DNA of 32,000 nucleotides, from contig NZ_AP013293.1 in assembly GCF_000829155.1 (NCBI RefSeq), positions 150,001 through 182,000 on the forward strand, read 5' to 3'. The notes under the pieces were generated by a model. The model was not told the DNA's origin and did not search any database. It saw nothing but the letters and a program-made list of their open reading frames with translations. The translations under genes and the position numbers were made by a program. This DNA is from Candidatus Karelsulcia muelleri PSPU. GTDB taxonomy: Bacteria > Bacteroidota > Bacteroidia > Flavobacteriales > Blattabacteriaceae. Position 1 is the first letter of the stretch. Every line of letters begins with the position of its first letter. Shown here piece by piece: positions 1 through 9,503 of the stretch.

Positions 1-684
1 TTTAAAAAATCTATAAAATATTTATATGATGAATATGTATGTTCTAAAAAACATATTTCTTATCTTTATAAGATAATAACAATTGAAAAAAAAATATACC
101 CATTTTTAGTTAAAATAGATATAAAAAAATTATTAAAATTATATCCACTTTCGACATATTTATTTAAAATATTTTATAAATATGGATTTAATAATACTAA
201 AAATTTAAAAAAAATTTTAAATTCTAAATCAGGTAAAAAAATATTTTCAAAAAAATATTGTCTTATAAAAGAGAGAACTACTTTATTATTAGTAGAAAAT
301 AATATTAATTTTATAAAAAAAAATTATTATATACATAATATAGATACGATTAAAATTCCTTTTTTTATATATTTTTTTCTTTCTGAAAGAAAAAAAAAAA
401 AATCATATACATCTTTAGATTTTGATAAATTAATTTTTCCATTAAAATTAAGAAATTGTAAAAAAGGTGATAGATTAAATAAAATTGGTATGAAAGGCAA
501 TAAAAAATTAAGTAAATATTTTAAAGAAAAAAAAATTTCTATTGTTGATAAAACAAATATTTGGGTACTTATTAATGGGGATAAAAAAATAATATGTATT
601 ATATATGAACGTTTTGAATGTTTAGATAAAAATTTTAAAATTACAAATTTTACAAAAAAAGTTTTAAATTTAAAAAAGCAATAG
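1..684 (+). CDS. tilS: tRNA(Ile)-lysidine synthetase, C-terminal part (5' end outside window)
   Basis: Frame 1 is open from nt 1 to the TAG at 682-684, so the listed 490..684 ORF is only its last Met-initiated piece. The translation ...PLKLRNCKKGDRLNKIGMKGNKKLSKYFKEKKISIVDKTNIWVLINGDKKII... fits the TilS C-terminal domain pattern (R-x-x-x-GD-r-x-x-p-x-G-m-x-g-x-KKL-k-k-f-f...K-i-p). Confidence 0.75.
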   Translation, partial: FKKSIKYLYDEYVCSKKHISYLYKIITIEKKIYPFLVKIDIKKLLKLYPLSTYLFKIFYKYGFNNTKNLKKILNSKSGKKIFSKKYCLIKERTTLLLVENNINFIKKNYYIHNIDTIKIPFFIYFFLSERKKKKSYTSLDFDKLIFPLKLRNCKKGDRLNKIGMKGNKKLSKYFKEKKISIVDKTNIWVLINGDKKIICIIYERFECLDKNFKITNFTKKVLNLKKQ

Positions 685-715
685 TTAAAATTTTTTTTTT
701 ATATTATAAAAAAAT

Positions 716-1300
716 ATGTATTATTTTATAAATACAGCTAATTTAGCTAAAATTAAAGAAGCAGAAAATTTAGGTATATTAGATGGAGTTAATACTAATA
801 CTTCTTTAATAGTTAAAGAAGGTATAATAAAAAAAAATGATAGATATAGTCATTATAAAAATATTTGCAATATTATCTCAGGAGATTTAAATGCAGATGT
901 AATATCTACAGATTATAATGATATAATAAAAGAAGGAGAATTTTTATCTAATTTAGATAAAAAAATTATAGTAAAAGTACCTCTGACAAGAGATGGTATT
1001 AAAGCAATAAAATATTTTTCTATTAAAAAAATTAAAACTAATTGTACTTTAGTATTTTCTACAGGTCAAGCATTGTTAGCTGCTAAGGCAGGTGCTAATT
1101 ATATTTCTATTTTTATTGGTCGTTTATATAACACAAATATTATAAAAGAAATAAAACTAATTTATGATAATTATTTTTTTAAAACTAAAATATTAGTTAC
1201 TTCAATTATAAATACTTTCCATATAATATCATGTGCAAAAATAGGTATAGATATAATTACAGCTCCTTTAAATGAAATTAAATTATTATTAAATAATTAA
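716..1300 (+). CDS. tal: transaldolase, short TalC/FSA-type (shortened and divergent)
   Basis: 194-aa ORF. MYYFINTANLAKIKEAENLGILDGVNTN, IIVKVPLTRDGIKAIK (Schiff-base Lys context) and TNCTLVFSTGQALLAAKAGANYISIFIGRL match the roughly 215-aa transaldolase/F6P-aldolase family. It is about 20-25 aa shorter than typical members. Confidence 0.75.
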   Translation: MYYFINTANLAKIKEAENLGILDGVNTNTSLIVKEGIIKKNDRYSHYKNICNIISGDLNADVISTDYNDIIKEGEFLSNLDKKIIVKVPLTRDGIKAIKYFSIKKIKTNCTLVFSTGQALLAAKAGANYISIFIGRLYNTNIIKEIKLIYDNYFFKTKILVTSIINTFHIISCAKIGIDIITAPLNEIKLLLNN

Positions 1301-1305
1301 TGGCT

Positions 1306-2775
1306 TTAATAAGATTTAGCAAAAAGAACACGTTGTTTAGATAAATTTTTTGAAAATATACATTTTCCCATATTTTTTTTTAAATTTATTGGTATGCAAC
1401 GTATTGTAGCATTTGTTTCAACTTTTATTTTTGTTTCTGTTTCAGACGAACCATCCCAATGAGCAAATAAAAATCCACTATTTTTTTTTATTTTTTCTAT
1501 AAATTCTTCATAAGAATCTACTTCTATTAAAAAATTATTTTTTCTTTTAAGAGCTACTTTCAAAATGTTATCTTGAATTTTAGATAAAATTTTTGGAATT
1601 AAAAATTTTAATTTATTAATACTAATATATTTTTTTTCAAGTGTATCCCTTCTTACAACTTCTACAGTTCCTCTATCTATATCTTTTTTTCCTATAGTTA
1701 TTCTTATAGGAATGCCTTTTATTTCATATTCATTAAATTTCCATCCTGGAGTATAATAAATTCTTTTATCATATTTTATATTTATACCTATTTTTTCAAG
1801 AAATTTTTTTAATGGAAATACAAGTTTTTCTATTAAATTAAGTTGTTCTTGAGTTTTATAAACTGGAATAATTACTATTTGTATTGGAGCAATTTTAGGT
1901 GGTAATATTAAACCATTATCATCTGAATGTGTCATAATAATAGCGCCAATTAATCTTGTTGAGATTCCCCATGATGTAGCCCACACATACTCTTTATTTC
2001 CTTTTTCGGTAGAATATCTAACATCAAACGCTTTTGAAAAATTTTGACCTAAAAAATGAGATGTAGCTATTTGTAAAGATTTCCCATCTTGCATAATCGA
2101 TTCTATACAATATGTTTTTTCTGCTCCAGCAAATTTTTCACTATCTGTTTTTATTCCCTGTATAACAGGGATAGCCATAAAATTTTCTAAAACATTTGTA
2201 TATATATTTAAAATTTTTTTAGCTTGATTTATAGCTTCTTTTTTTGTAGAATGAGCGGTATGTCCTTCTTGCCATAAAAATTCAGATGTTCTTAAAAACA
2301 ACCTTGTACGCCTTTCCCAACGTATTATATTAGCCCATTGATTAAAAAGTATTGGTAGATCTCTATAAGAGTTAATCCAACGTTTATAAGAATTCCATAT
2401 TATTGTTTCAGATGTAGGTCTAACAATAAGTTCATCTTCAAGTTTAGAAGATTTATCTACTATAATATTTTTATTCTTATAATTTTTTAATCTATAATGA
2501 GATATTATTGCGCATTCTTTTGCAAATCCTTTAATATGATTATATTCTTTTGAGAAATATGATTTTGGAATAAGTAAAGGAAAGTAGACATTTTCATGTC
2601 CTGTATATTTTAAAATATTATCTAATATAGACTTAATTTTTTCCCATATATAAAATCCATATGGTTTTATAATCATACATCCACGTACATCTGATTTTTC
2701 TGCAATATTTGCTCTTAATATAATTTCATTATACCATTTAGAATAATTTTCATTACGTTTAGTTAGTTTTTTCAT
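1306..2775 (-). CDS. proS: prolyl-tRNA synthetase (archaeal/eukaryote-like class II type)
   Basis: 489-aa ORF. The N-terminus YSKWYNEIILRANIAEKSDVRGCMIIKPYGFYIWEKI, the class II core and the length are typical of Bacteroidota ProRS. Confidence 0.93.
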   Translation of the reverse strand: MKKLTKRNENYSKWYNEIILRANIAEKSDVRGCMIIKPYGFYIWEKIKSILDNILKYTGHENVYFPLLIPKSYFSKEYNHIKGFAKECAIISHYRLKNYKNKNIIVDKSSKLEDELIVRPTSETIIWNSYKRWINSYRDLPILFNQWANIIRWERRTRLFLRTSEFLWQEGHTAHSTKKEAINQAKKILNIYTNVLENFMAIPVIQGIKTDSEKFAGAEKTYCIESIMQDGKSLQIATSHFLGQNFSKAFDVRYSTEKGNKEYVWATSWGISTRLIGAIIMTHSDDNGLILPPKIAPIQIVIIPVYKTQEQLNLIEKLVFPLKKFLEKIGINIKYDKRIYYTPGWKFNEYEIKGIPIRITIGKKDIDRGTVEVVRRDTLEKKYISINKLKFLIPKILSKIQDNILKVALKRKNNFLIEVDSYEEFIEKIKKNSGFLFAHWDGSSETETKIKVETNATIRCIPINLKKNMGKCIFSKNLSKQRVLFAKSY

Positions 2776-2824
2776 TTAAAGATTTTTAAAGTTATATATT
2801 TATAAAAAAATTAATATATATAAA

Positions 2825-5176
2825 ATGTTATTACATAATATATTTATTGATTCTGAATCAGTTCATATTCTAATTACAGAATATTTATATATACTTCCAG
2901 TAAGGAATGTTGTGTTATTTCCAGGTGTAGTAATACCTATTACAGCTGGAAGAAAAAAATCAATTAAATTATTAAAAGATGCATATTCTACTGATAAAAT
3001 TATTGGGGTTTTAACTCAAAAATATTTTAATACTGAAAATCCGAAAGAACAAGAACTATATTATATAGGTACAGTAGCTAAAATATTAAAATTATTAAAA
3101 ATGCCTGATGGCAATACTACTGTAATTTTACAAGGTAAAAGTCGATTTAAAGTTATTAAAATGATACAATATTATCCATATTTGACAGCTGAAATAATAT
3201 ATTTAAAAGACAAAAAACCAGGAAAACAAGATAAAGAATATATAGCTTTAATATCTTCTATTAAAGAAATAGCACTAAAAATTATACAAGATAATACTAA
3301 TATTCCTTCAGAATCTAGTTTCGCAATTAGGAATATAGAAAGTAAATCATTTATTATAAATTTTGTTGCATCTAATATTAATTTAAAAATTAAAAAAAAA
3401 CAAATTCTTTTAGAATATGATTTCTTTAAACAAAGAGCAATAGAAACTTTTCGTTTTCTAAATATAGAATATAAACAAATTAAATTAAAAAACGATATTA
3501 AATATCGTGTTAAAACTGAAATGGATCAACAACAAAAAGAATATTTTTTAAATCAACAAATAAAAGCTATTCAAGAAGAATTAGGAGATTTTTCATATGA
3601 AAAAGAAGTCTATGAATTAAGAATTCAATCATATAAAAAAAAATGGTCTAAAAAAGTTCAAAAACAATTTGATAGAGAATTAAATAAATTTCAACGTACT
3701 AATACACAAATGCCAGAATATACAATATTACGTAATTATTTAGATTTCATGTTAGATTTACCTTGGAAAAAATATTCTCAAGATAATTTTGATTTAAACC
3801 GTGCAAAAAAAATTCTTGATAAGGATCATTTTGGAATTGAGAAAGTTAAAGAAAGAATAATAGAATATTTATCTGTTATAAAACTTAAACAAGATCTTAG
3901 GTCACCTATACTATGTTTTTATGGACCTCCAGGTGTAGGTAAGACTTCTTTAGGAAAATCAATTGCTTATGCATTAAATAGAAAGTATATACGTATGTCT
4001 TTAGGTGGATTAAATGATGAAGCTGAAATTAGGGGGCATAGAAAAACATATATAGGTGCTATGCCTGGAAGAATATTACAATCAATAAAAAAAGCAGGAA
4101 CATCTAATCCTGTGTTTGTATTAGATGAAATAGATAAAATGGGAATAGGACATCAAGGAAATCCTTCTTCGGCAATGTTAGAAGTTTTAGATCCAGAGCA
4201 AAATAAAGAATTTTATGATAATTTCCTTGAAATTGGATATGATTTATCTAAGATAATTTTCATTGCTACAGCAAATTCACTTTATCCAATTCATATTGCT
4301 ATATTAGATAGAATGGAAATAATAGATATGAATGGATATACTGTTGAAGAAAAAATAGAAATCTGTAAAAAACATTTAATTCCTAAACAATTAAAAGAAA
4401 ATGGGTTAAAAAATAACGATCTTATTTTAGGTGTAAAACAAATTGAAAAAATTATTGAAAGTTATACTAGAGAATCAGGGGTTAGATCTCTTGAAAAGAG
4501 AATTTCAAAAATTGTAAGAGATGCTGCTAAAAATATTGCTATGAATAAAAAATATTTAAAACGTATAAATTTTTCAAAAATAGAAGAAGTATTAGGACCA
4601 CCTAATGATCCTGAGAAATATGAATTTACTAAAATCCCCGGAGTAGTTACAGGATTAGCTTGGACTCTTGTAGGAGGAGAGATTCTCTATATAGAATCAA
4701 CATTATTTAAAGGAAAAGGTTATTTTAGTATAACAGGAAATGTAGGAGAAGTTATGAAAGAATCTGCTACTATAGCTTTAAAATATATAAAAGCTCATAA
4801 TTATGAATTTGGAATAGATGACAAAATGTTTGAATTGTATAACATACATATTAATGTTCCAGAAGGGGGGATACCTAAAGATGGACCTTCTGCAGGAATT
4901 ACTATGTTAACTTCTATGATATCTAGTTTTTGGAAAACATCAATACGTCCGTATTTAGCGATGACTGGTGAAATTACCCTTAGAGGAAAGGTTCTTCCTG
5001 TAGGAGGAATTAAAGAAAAAATATTAGCAGCAAAAAGAGCTAATATAAAAGAAATTATTCTATCAAAAGATAATAAAAAAGATGTATATGATATAAAAAA
5101 AGTTTATTTAAAAGGCCTAAAATTTCATTTTGTTAGTAAAATTAATGAAGTTATAAATTTATCATTTTATGAATAA
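2825..5176 (+). CDS. lon: ATP-dependent Lon protease
   Basis: 783 aa. It has the LON N-domain (LPVRNVVLFPGVVIPI), Walker A GPPGVGKTS, Walker B VFVLDEIDK and the catalytic Ser context PKDGPSAGITM, with the downstream GGIKEKILAAKRA. Confidence 0.95.
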   Translation: MLLHNIFIDSESVHILITEYLYILPVRNVVLFPGVVIPITAGRKKSIKLLKDAYSTDKIIGVLTQKYFNTENPKEQELYYIGTVAKILKLLKMPDGNTTVILQGKSRFKVIKMIQYYPYLTAEIIYLKDKKPGKQDKEYIALISSIKEIALKIIQDNTNIPSESSFAIRNIESKSFIINFVASNINLKIKKKQILLEYDFFKQRAIETFRFLNIEYKQIKLKNDIKYRVKTEMDQQQKEYFLNQQIKAIQEELGDFSYEKEVYELRIQSYKKKWSKKVQKQFDRELNKFQRTNTQMPEYTILRNYLDFMLDLPWKKYSQDNFDLNRAKKILDKDHFGIEKVKERIIEYLSVIKLKQDLRSPILCFYGPPGVGKTSLGKSIAYALNRKYIRMSLGGLNDEAEIRGHRKTYIGAMPGRILQSIKKAGTSNPVFVLDEIDKMGIGHQGNPSSAMLEVLDPEQNKEFYDNFLEIGYDLSKIIFIATANSLYPIHIAILDRMEIIDMNGYTVEEKIEICKKHLIPKQLKENGLKNNDLILGVKQIEKIIESYTRESGVRSLEKRISKIVRDAAKNIAMNKKYLKRINFSKIEEVLGPPNDPEKYEFTKIPGVVTGLAWTLVGGEILYIESTLFKGKGYFSITGNVGEVMKESATIALKYIKAHNYEFGIDDKMFELYNIHINVPEGGIPKDGPSAGITMLTSMISSFWKTSIRPYLAMTGEITLRGKVLPVGGIKEKILAAKRANIKEIILSKDNKKDVYDIKKVYLKGLKFHFVSKINEVINLSFYE

Positions 5177-6380
5177 GAATATATATTTACATAATATTAC
5201 AAAAAAATATGGAACTCCACTTTATGTATATGATGCCAATAAAATAGAATATCAATATAAATTAATTAAAAAATCTTTTTCTTATATAGAAAATTTAAAA
5301 ATAAATTATGCTTGTAAAGCAAATACAAATATAAGTATATTAAAATTTTTAAAAAAATTAGGTAGTGGATTAGATACTGTATCTATACAAGAAATAGAAA
5401 TAGGATTAAAAGCTGGATTTAAACCAAAAGAAATTATATATACTCCTAATAGTGTTTCTTTATCAGAAATAAAAAAAGCAATAAAAGCTGGAGTTATAAT
5501 TAACATAGATAATTTATCACTTTTAGAACAAATAGGTAATGATAATACTAATTATCCTATAGGAATTAGAATAAACCCCCATATTTTGGGGGGAGGAAAT
5601 AAAAAAATTTCTGTAGGTCATATAGATTCAAAATTTGGAATATCATATTATCAATTACCTCATATTAAAAAAATTGTAGAAAATACTGGAATTAAAGTTG
5701 AAGGAATACATATGCATACAGGTTCTGATATCCTAGATATTGGAGTTTTTTTACAAGGAGCTGATATTTTATTAAACGTAGCTAGTTTTTTCAATGAACT
5801 TAAATATATAGATTTTGGTAGTGGATTTAAAGTACCATATAAAAAAAATGATACAAAAACAGATATAGATATGTTAGGTGTTTCTTTAAAAAGAAAATTT
5901 TTATTTTTTTGTGAAAAATATTGTAAAAAATTAAAATTATTTTTTGAACCTGGAAAATTTTTAGTTAGTGAATCAGGTAGTTTTATAGTAAAGGTTAATG
6001 TTATTAAACATACAACTTCTACTGTATTTGCTGGTGTTGATTCTGGATTTAATCATTTTATACGTCCAATGTTTTATGATTCCTATCATCATATAGATAA
6101 TATTTCAAATCCATCAGGAATATTCCGTTTTTATACTGTAGTAGGATATATATGTGAATCTGATACATTTTGTGTTAATAGAAAAATTAATGAAATAAGA
6201 GAAGGAGATCTCTTATGTTTTAGAAATGCAGGAGCTTATTGTTTTTCTATGTCATCTAACTATAATTCTCGTTATAGGCCTTCTGAAGTTATTATTTATC
6301 ATAAAAAATATTTTCTTATTAGAAAAAGAGAAAATATGCAAGATTTACTTAACAATATGATTGATATAGAATTATCATAA
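5169..6380 (+). CDS. lysA: diaminopimelate decarboxylase
   Basis: 403 aa. The PLP-Lys context YACKANTN, plus GSGLDTVS, HMHTGS, EPGKFLV and GAYCFSMSSNYNSR, are typical of fold-III PLP decarboxylases of LysA type. The start overlaps the lon stop by 8 nt (ATGAATAA). Confidence 0.9.
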   Translation: MNKNIYLHNITKKYGTPLYVYDANKIEYQYKLIKKSFSYIENLKINYACKANTNISILKFLKKLGSGLDTVSIQEIEIGLKAGFKPKEIIYTPNSVSLSEIKKAIKAGVIINIDNLSLLEQIGNDNTNYPIGIRINPHILGGGNKKISVGHIDSKFGISYYQLPHIKKIVENTGIKVEGIHMHTGSDILDIGVFLQGADILLNVASFFNELKYIDFGSGFKVPYKKNDTKTDIDMLGVSLKRKFLFFCEKYCKKLKLFFEPGKFLVSESGSFIVKVNVIKHTTSTVFAGVDSGFNHFIRPMFYDSYHHIDNISNPSGIFRFYTVVGYICESDTFCVNRKINEIREGDLLCFRNAGAYCFSMSSNYNSRYRPSEVIIYHKKYFLIRKRENMQDLLNNMIDIELS

Positions 6381-6387
6381 TTTTATT

Positions 6388-6473
6388 GGATAGATGGCAG
6401 AGTGGTCTATTGCGGCGGTCTTGAAAACCGTTGAGTGTAAAAAACTCCGGGGGTTCGAATCCCTCTCTATCCG
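6388..6473 (+). tRNA. tRNA-Ser (anticodon UGA)
   Basis: Hand-folded cloverleaf. Acceptor GGATAGA/TCTATCC plus discriminator G, anticodon stem GCGGT/ACCGT with loop CTTGAAA (anticodon TGA), long variable arm GAGT..ACTC, and T-loop GGGGG-TTCGAAT-CCCTC. It is a GC-rich island in AT-rich DNA. No CCA is encoded. Confidence 0.9.
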
Positions 6474-6517
6474 CTAAGCACTCACTTTACTTTAAAAATT
6501 AAAAAGACCATTAATTA

Positions 6518-7576
6518 ATGGCAGGTAATATTTTTGGAAAATTATTTAGAGTAACTACTTTTGGTGAAAGTCATGGACATGCATTAGGAGGTATAATAGA
6601 TGGATGTCCCTCAGGATTAAAATTAAATTTTGAAGAAATAAATAATGAATTAAATCGTAGAAAACCTGGGCAATCTTCAATTGTGACTCAAAGAAAAGAA
6701 TCAGATGAAGTAATATTTTTATCAGGTATATTTGATGGTTTTACTACAGGTACTCCTATTGGATTCATAATAAAAAATAAAGATCATAATTCAAAAGATT
6801 ATTTTAATATAAAAAATATATATCGCCCATCTCATTCTGATTTTACATATTATAAAAAATATGTAATAAGAGATTATAGGGGAGGGGGGAGATCTTCTGC
6901 ACGAGAAACAGTATCTCGTGTAGTTGCTGGTGCAATAGCTAAACAATTATTAAAAATTAATAATATTTTAATAAAAGCCTATGTTTCCTCTATAGGAGGA
7001 TTAAATTTAAGTGAAAATTATAATAAACTTGATTTTTCTAAAATAGAAAATACACCTGTACGTTGTCCTGATCTACAATTAGCAGAAAAAATGATAAAAT
7101 ATATTAATAAATTACGTAAAAAAGGAGATACTATAGGTGGAATAATAACTTGTATTATACAAAATGTTCCTATTGGAATAGGTGAACCAGTTTTTGATAA
7201 ACTTCATGCTGAATTAGGTAAAGCGATGCTGTCTATAAATGCTGTAAAAGGATTCGAATATGGTAGCGGATTTTATGGAACAAAAATTAAAGGATCTAAT
7301 CATATTGATAAATATCAAAATAATGGAAGTACTAAAACAAATTTTTCTGGAGGAATTCAAGGTGGAATATCTAATGGGATGGATATTTATTTAAAGGTAG
7401 CTTTTAAAGCAGTAGCTACTATTAAAAAAAAAAGTATTAATTTTAATAAAAAAAAAATTTTTGTAAAAGGCCGTCATGATCCTTGTGTTTTACCTAGAGC
7501 CGTTCCTATTATAGAGGCTATGTCTGCATTAGTTTTATATGATTATATACATATGTATAAAATATTATTATTTTAA
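6518..7576 (+). CDS. aroC: chorismate synthase
   Basis: 352 aa with the signature segments [25 protein letters not shown] and [13 protein letters not shown]. Confidence 0.95.
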   Translation: MAGNIFGKLFRVTTFGESHGHALGGIIDGCPSGLKLNFEEINNELNRRKPGQSSIVTQRKESDEVIFLSGIFDGFTTGTPIGFIIKNKDHNSKDYFNIKNIYRPSHSDFTYYKKYVIRDYRGGGRSSARETVSRVVAGAIAKQLLKINNILIKAYVSSIGGLNLSENYNKLDFSKIENTPVRCPDLQLAEKMIKYINKLRKKGDTIGGIITCIIQNVPIGIGEPVFDKLHAELGKAMLSINAVKGFEYGSGFYGTKIKGSNHIDKYQNNGSTKTNFSGGIQGGISNGMDIYLKVAFKAVATIKKKSINFNKKKIFVKGRHDPCVLPRAVPIIEAMSALVLYDYIHMYKILLF

Positions 7577-7587
7577 AAAAAAAAATT

Positions 7588-7619
7588 TATTATTATTGTA
7601 TTGTAATAATAATATTTTT
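7588..7619. terminator. AT-only hairpin with T-tail between aroC and htpG (possible intrinsic terminator)
   Basis: The stem pairs TATTATTATT (7588-7597) with AATAATAATA (7605-7614) around loop GTATTGT, followed by TTTTT. The stem is entirely A/T, so stability and function are doubtful. Confidence 0.25.
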
Positions 7620-7636
7620 ATTTTAAAAAAAAATTT

Positions 7637-9499
7637 ATGGAAAAAGGCAAAATTAAAGTAACAGCAGAAGATATTTTTCCTGTTATTAAAAAATTTTTAT
7701 ATTCAGATCATGAAATCTTTATAAGGGAACTTGTTTCTAATGCAACTGACGCTATTTTAAAATTAAAAACTTTGATAAGTTTAGGAAAAGTTAATAAAAA
7801 AATTAATAATTTAATCATAGAAATTATCCTAAACAAGGAAAATAAAATTTTAAAAATTATAGATAATGGTATTGGAATGACTAAAAAAGAAGTATATAAA
7901 TATATTAATAAAATTGCTTTTTCAGGTGCAGAAGCATTTTTAAAAAAATATAAAAATAAAAAATCTCTAATTGGTAATTTTGGATTAGGATTTTATTCAT
8001 CTTTTATGGTTTCTGATAAAGTTGAAATAATATCTAAATCTTATAAAGATTCTGAATCTGCTATACATTGGATATGTGATGGATCTACTAATTTTTCTAT
8101 TAAAAATATAGATACACCCACTAAATCAGGGACTGAAATTATACTTCATATTAATGATAGTTCTAAAGAATTCTTAGAAGAAAATAGAATAAAAGAATTA
8201 TTAATTAAATATTGTAAATTTATGCCTATTCCTATAAAAATAGGAGAACGAGAAGAAATTAAAAAAAATAAAAATGGCCTTGAAAAAAAAATCAAAGTAA
8301 ATAATATAATAAATAATACATCCCCTATATGGATAAAAAATCCAATAAATGGAAAAGATGAAGAATATATAAATTTTTATAAAGAACTTTATCCAATGCA
8401 AATTGAAAATCCTTTATTTTGGATCCATCTAAATATAGATCATCCTTTTAAACTTACTGGAGTACTTTTTTTTCCAAAAATAAGAAATCAAATAGAAATA
8501 CAAAGAGATAAAATACAATTATATCAAAATCAAGTATATGTTACAGATAATTTAGAAGGGATAGTACCAGATTTTCTTAATTTTTTAAAAGGTGTAATTG
8601 ATTCTCCAGATATTCCACTTAATGTATCTAGATCTTATCTTCAATCAGATTCATCTGTAAAAAAAATTTCAGGTTATATTACAAGAAAAGTAGCTGATAA
8701 GCTTGAAAATATGTGTAAAAATAATCGTGAAGATTTTGAAAAAAAATGGGAAGATATAAAAATAATTATAGAATATGGAATGATTAGCGACCCTAATTTT
8801 TATTCAAAAGCAAAAAAATTTGCTTTATATCCTGATATAAATAAAAAATATTTTATATTAGAAGAATATATAGAACATATTAAAAATACAAATAAATTAA
8901 AAAATAATAAAATTATTTGTTTTTATACTTCTAACCTAGAAAATCAAAATTATTATATACAAACAATTAAAAATAAAGGATATAAAATTTTATTATTAGA
9001 TAGTCCTCTTGTTGGACATCTACTACAAAAAATAGAAATGGATTATAAAAATTTAAATTTTTATAGAGTAGATTCAGATAAGATAAATAAAATTTTAAAA
9101 AATGAAAAAAAAAATATTTCTAATCTTTCAGAAAATGAAATAATTTTTTTAAAAAAAATTTTAAATCAAAATATTGACAAAGAAAAATTTTTAATAAAAA
9201 TAGAAGATTTAGATGATTCTTCATTACCATTTATTATAACTATTCCCGAATTTATTAGACGTATGAAAGAAATAAGTATGACTGGGAATAATATGTTTAA
9301 TATTCAAAATTTTAATTCAAAATATAATATTATTGTTAATAAAAATCATAAATTTATAAAAAAAATAATAAATGAAAAAGATTTAAATATTCAAAAAAAG
9401 ATTATTAAAAATTCATTAAATTTGATAATGTTATCACAAAATCTTTTAAAAGGTAAAGAATTAACAGATTTTATGTATCAAAGTTTTGAAAATTTTTAA
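7637..9499 (+). CDS. htpG: molecular chaperone HtpG (Hsp90)
   Basis: 620 aa with the GHKL ATPase motifs ELVSNATDA, IDNGIGMT and GNFGLGFYSSFMV. The length is typical of bacterial Hsp90. Confidence 0.95.
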   Translation: MEKGKIKVTAEDIFPVIKKFLYSDHEIFIRELVSNATDAILKLKTLISLGKVNKKINNLIIEIILNKENKILKIIDNGIGMTKKEVYKYINKIAFSGAEAFLKKYKNKKSLIGNFGLGFYSSFMVSDKVEIISKSYKDSESAIHWICDGSTNFSIKNIDTPTKSGTEIILHINDSSKEFLEENRIKELLIKYCKFMPIPIKIGEREEIKKNKNGLEKKIKVNNIINNTSPIWIKNPINGKDEEYINFYKELYPMQIENPLFWIHLNIDHPFKLTGVLFFPKIRNQIEIQRDKIQLYQNQVYVTDNLEGIVPDFLNFLKGVIDSPDIPLNVSRSYLQSDSSVKKISGYITRKVADKLENMCKNNREDFEKKWEDIKIIIEYGMISDPNFYSKAKKFALYPDINKKYFILEEYIEHIKNTNKLKNNKIICFYTSNLENQNYYIQTIKNKGYKILLLDSPLVGHLLQKIEMDYKNLNFYRVDSDKINKILKNEKKNISNLSENEIIFLKKILNQNIDKEKFLIKIEDLDDSSLPFIITIPEFIRRMKEISMTGNNMFNIQNFNSKYNIIVNKNHKFIKKIINEKDLNIQKKIIKNSLNLIMLSQNLLKGKELTDFMYQSFENF

Positions 9500-9503
9500 A
9501 AAA

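Noticed and set aside
490-684. The 64-aa ORF listed as an independent gene.
   Set aside because: The same frame is open back to nt 1, and the full translation is the TilS C-terminal region. The Met at 490 is internal.
2776-2824. Divergent proS/lon promoter motifs, and likewise in other spacers.
   Set aside because: I could not find convincing Bacteroidota -33 TTTG / -7 TAnnTTTG elements or sigma-32-type elements. In DNA this AT-rich, any TA-rich match would be uninformative, so no promoter is reported.
5306-5506. A 66-aa minus-strand ORF inside lysA. The similar antisense ORFs at 8201..8401 (in htpG) and 19340..19546 (across the thrB/thrA junction) are rejected for the same reason.
   Set aside because: All are short, entirely antisense to well-supported genes, compositionally biased (F/I/L-rich mirror images of K/N/I codons), and lack motifs.
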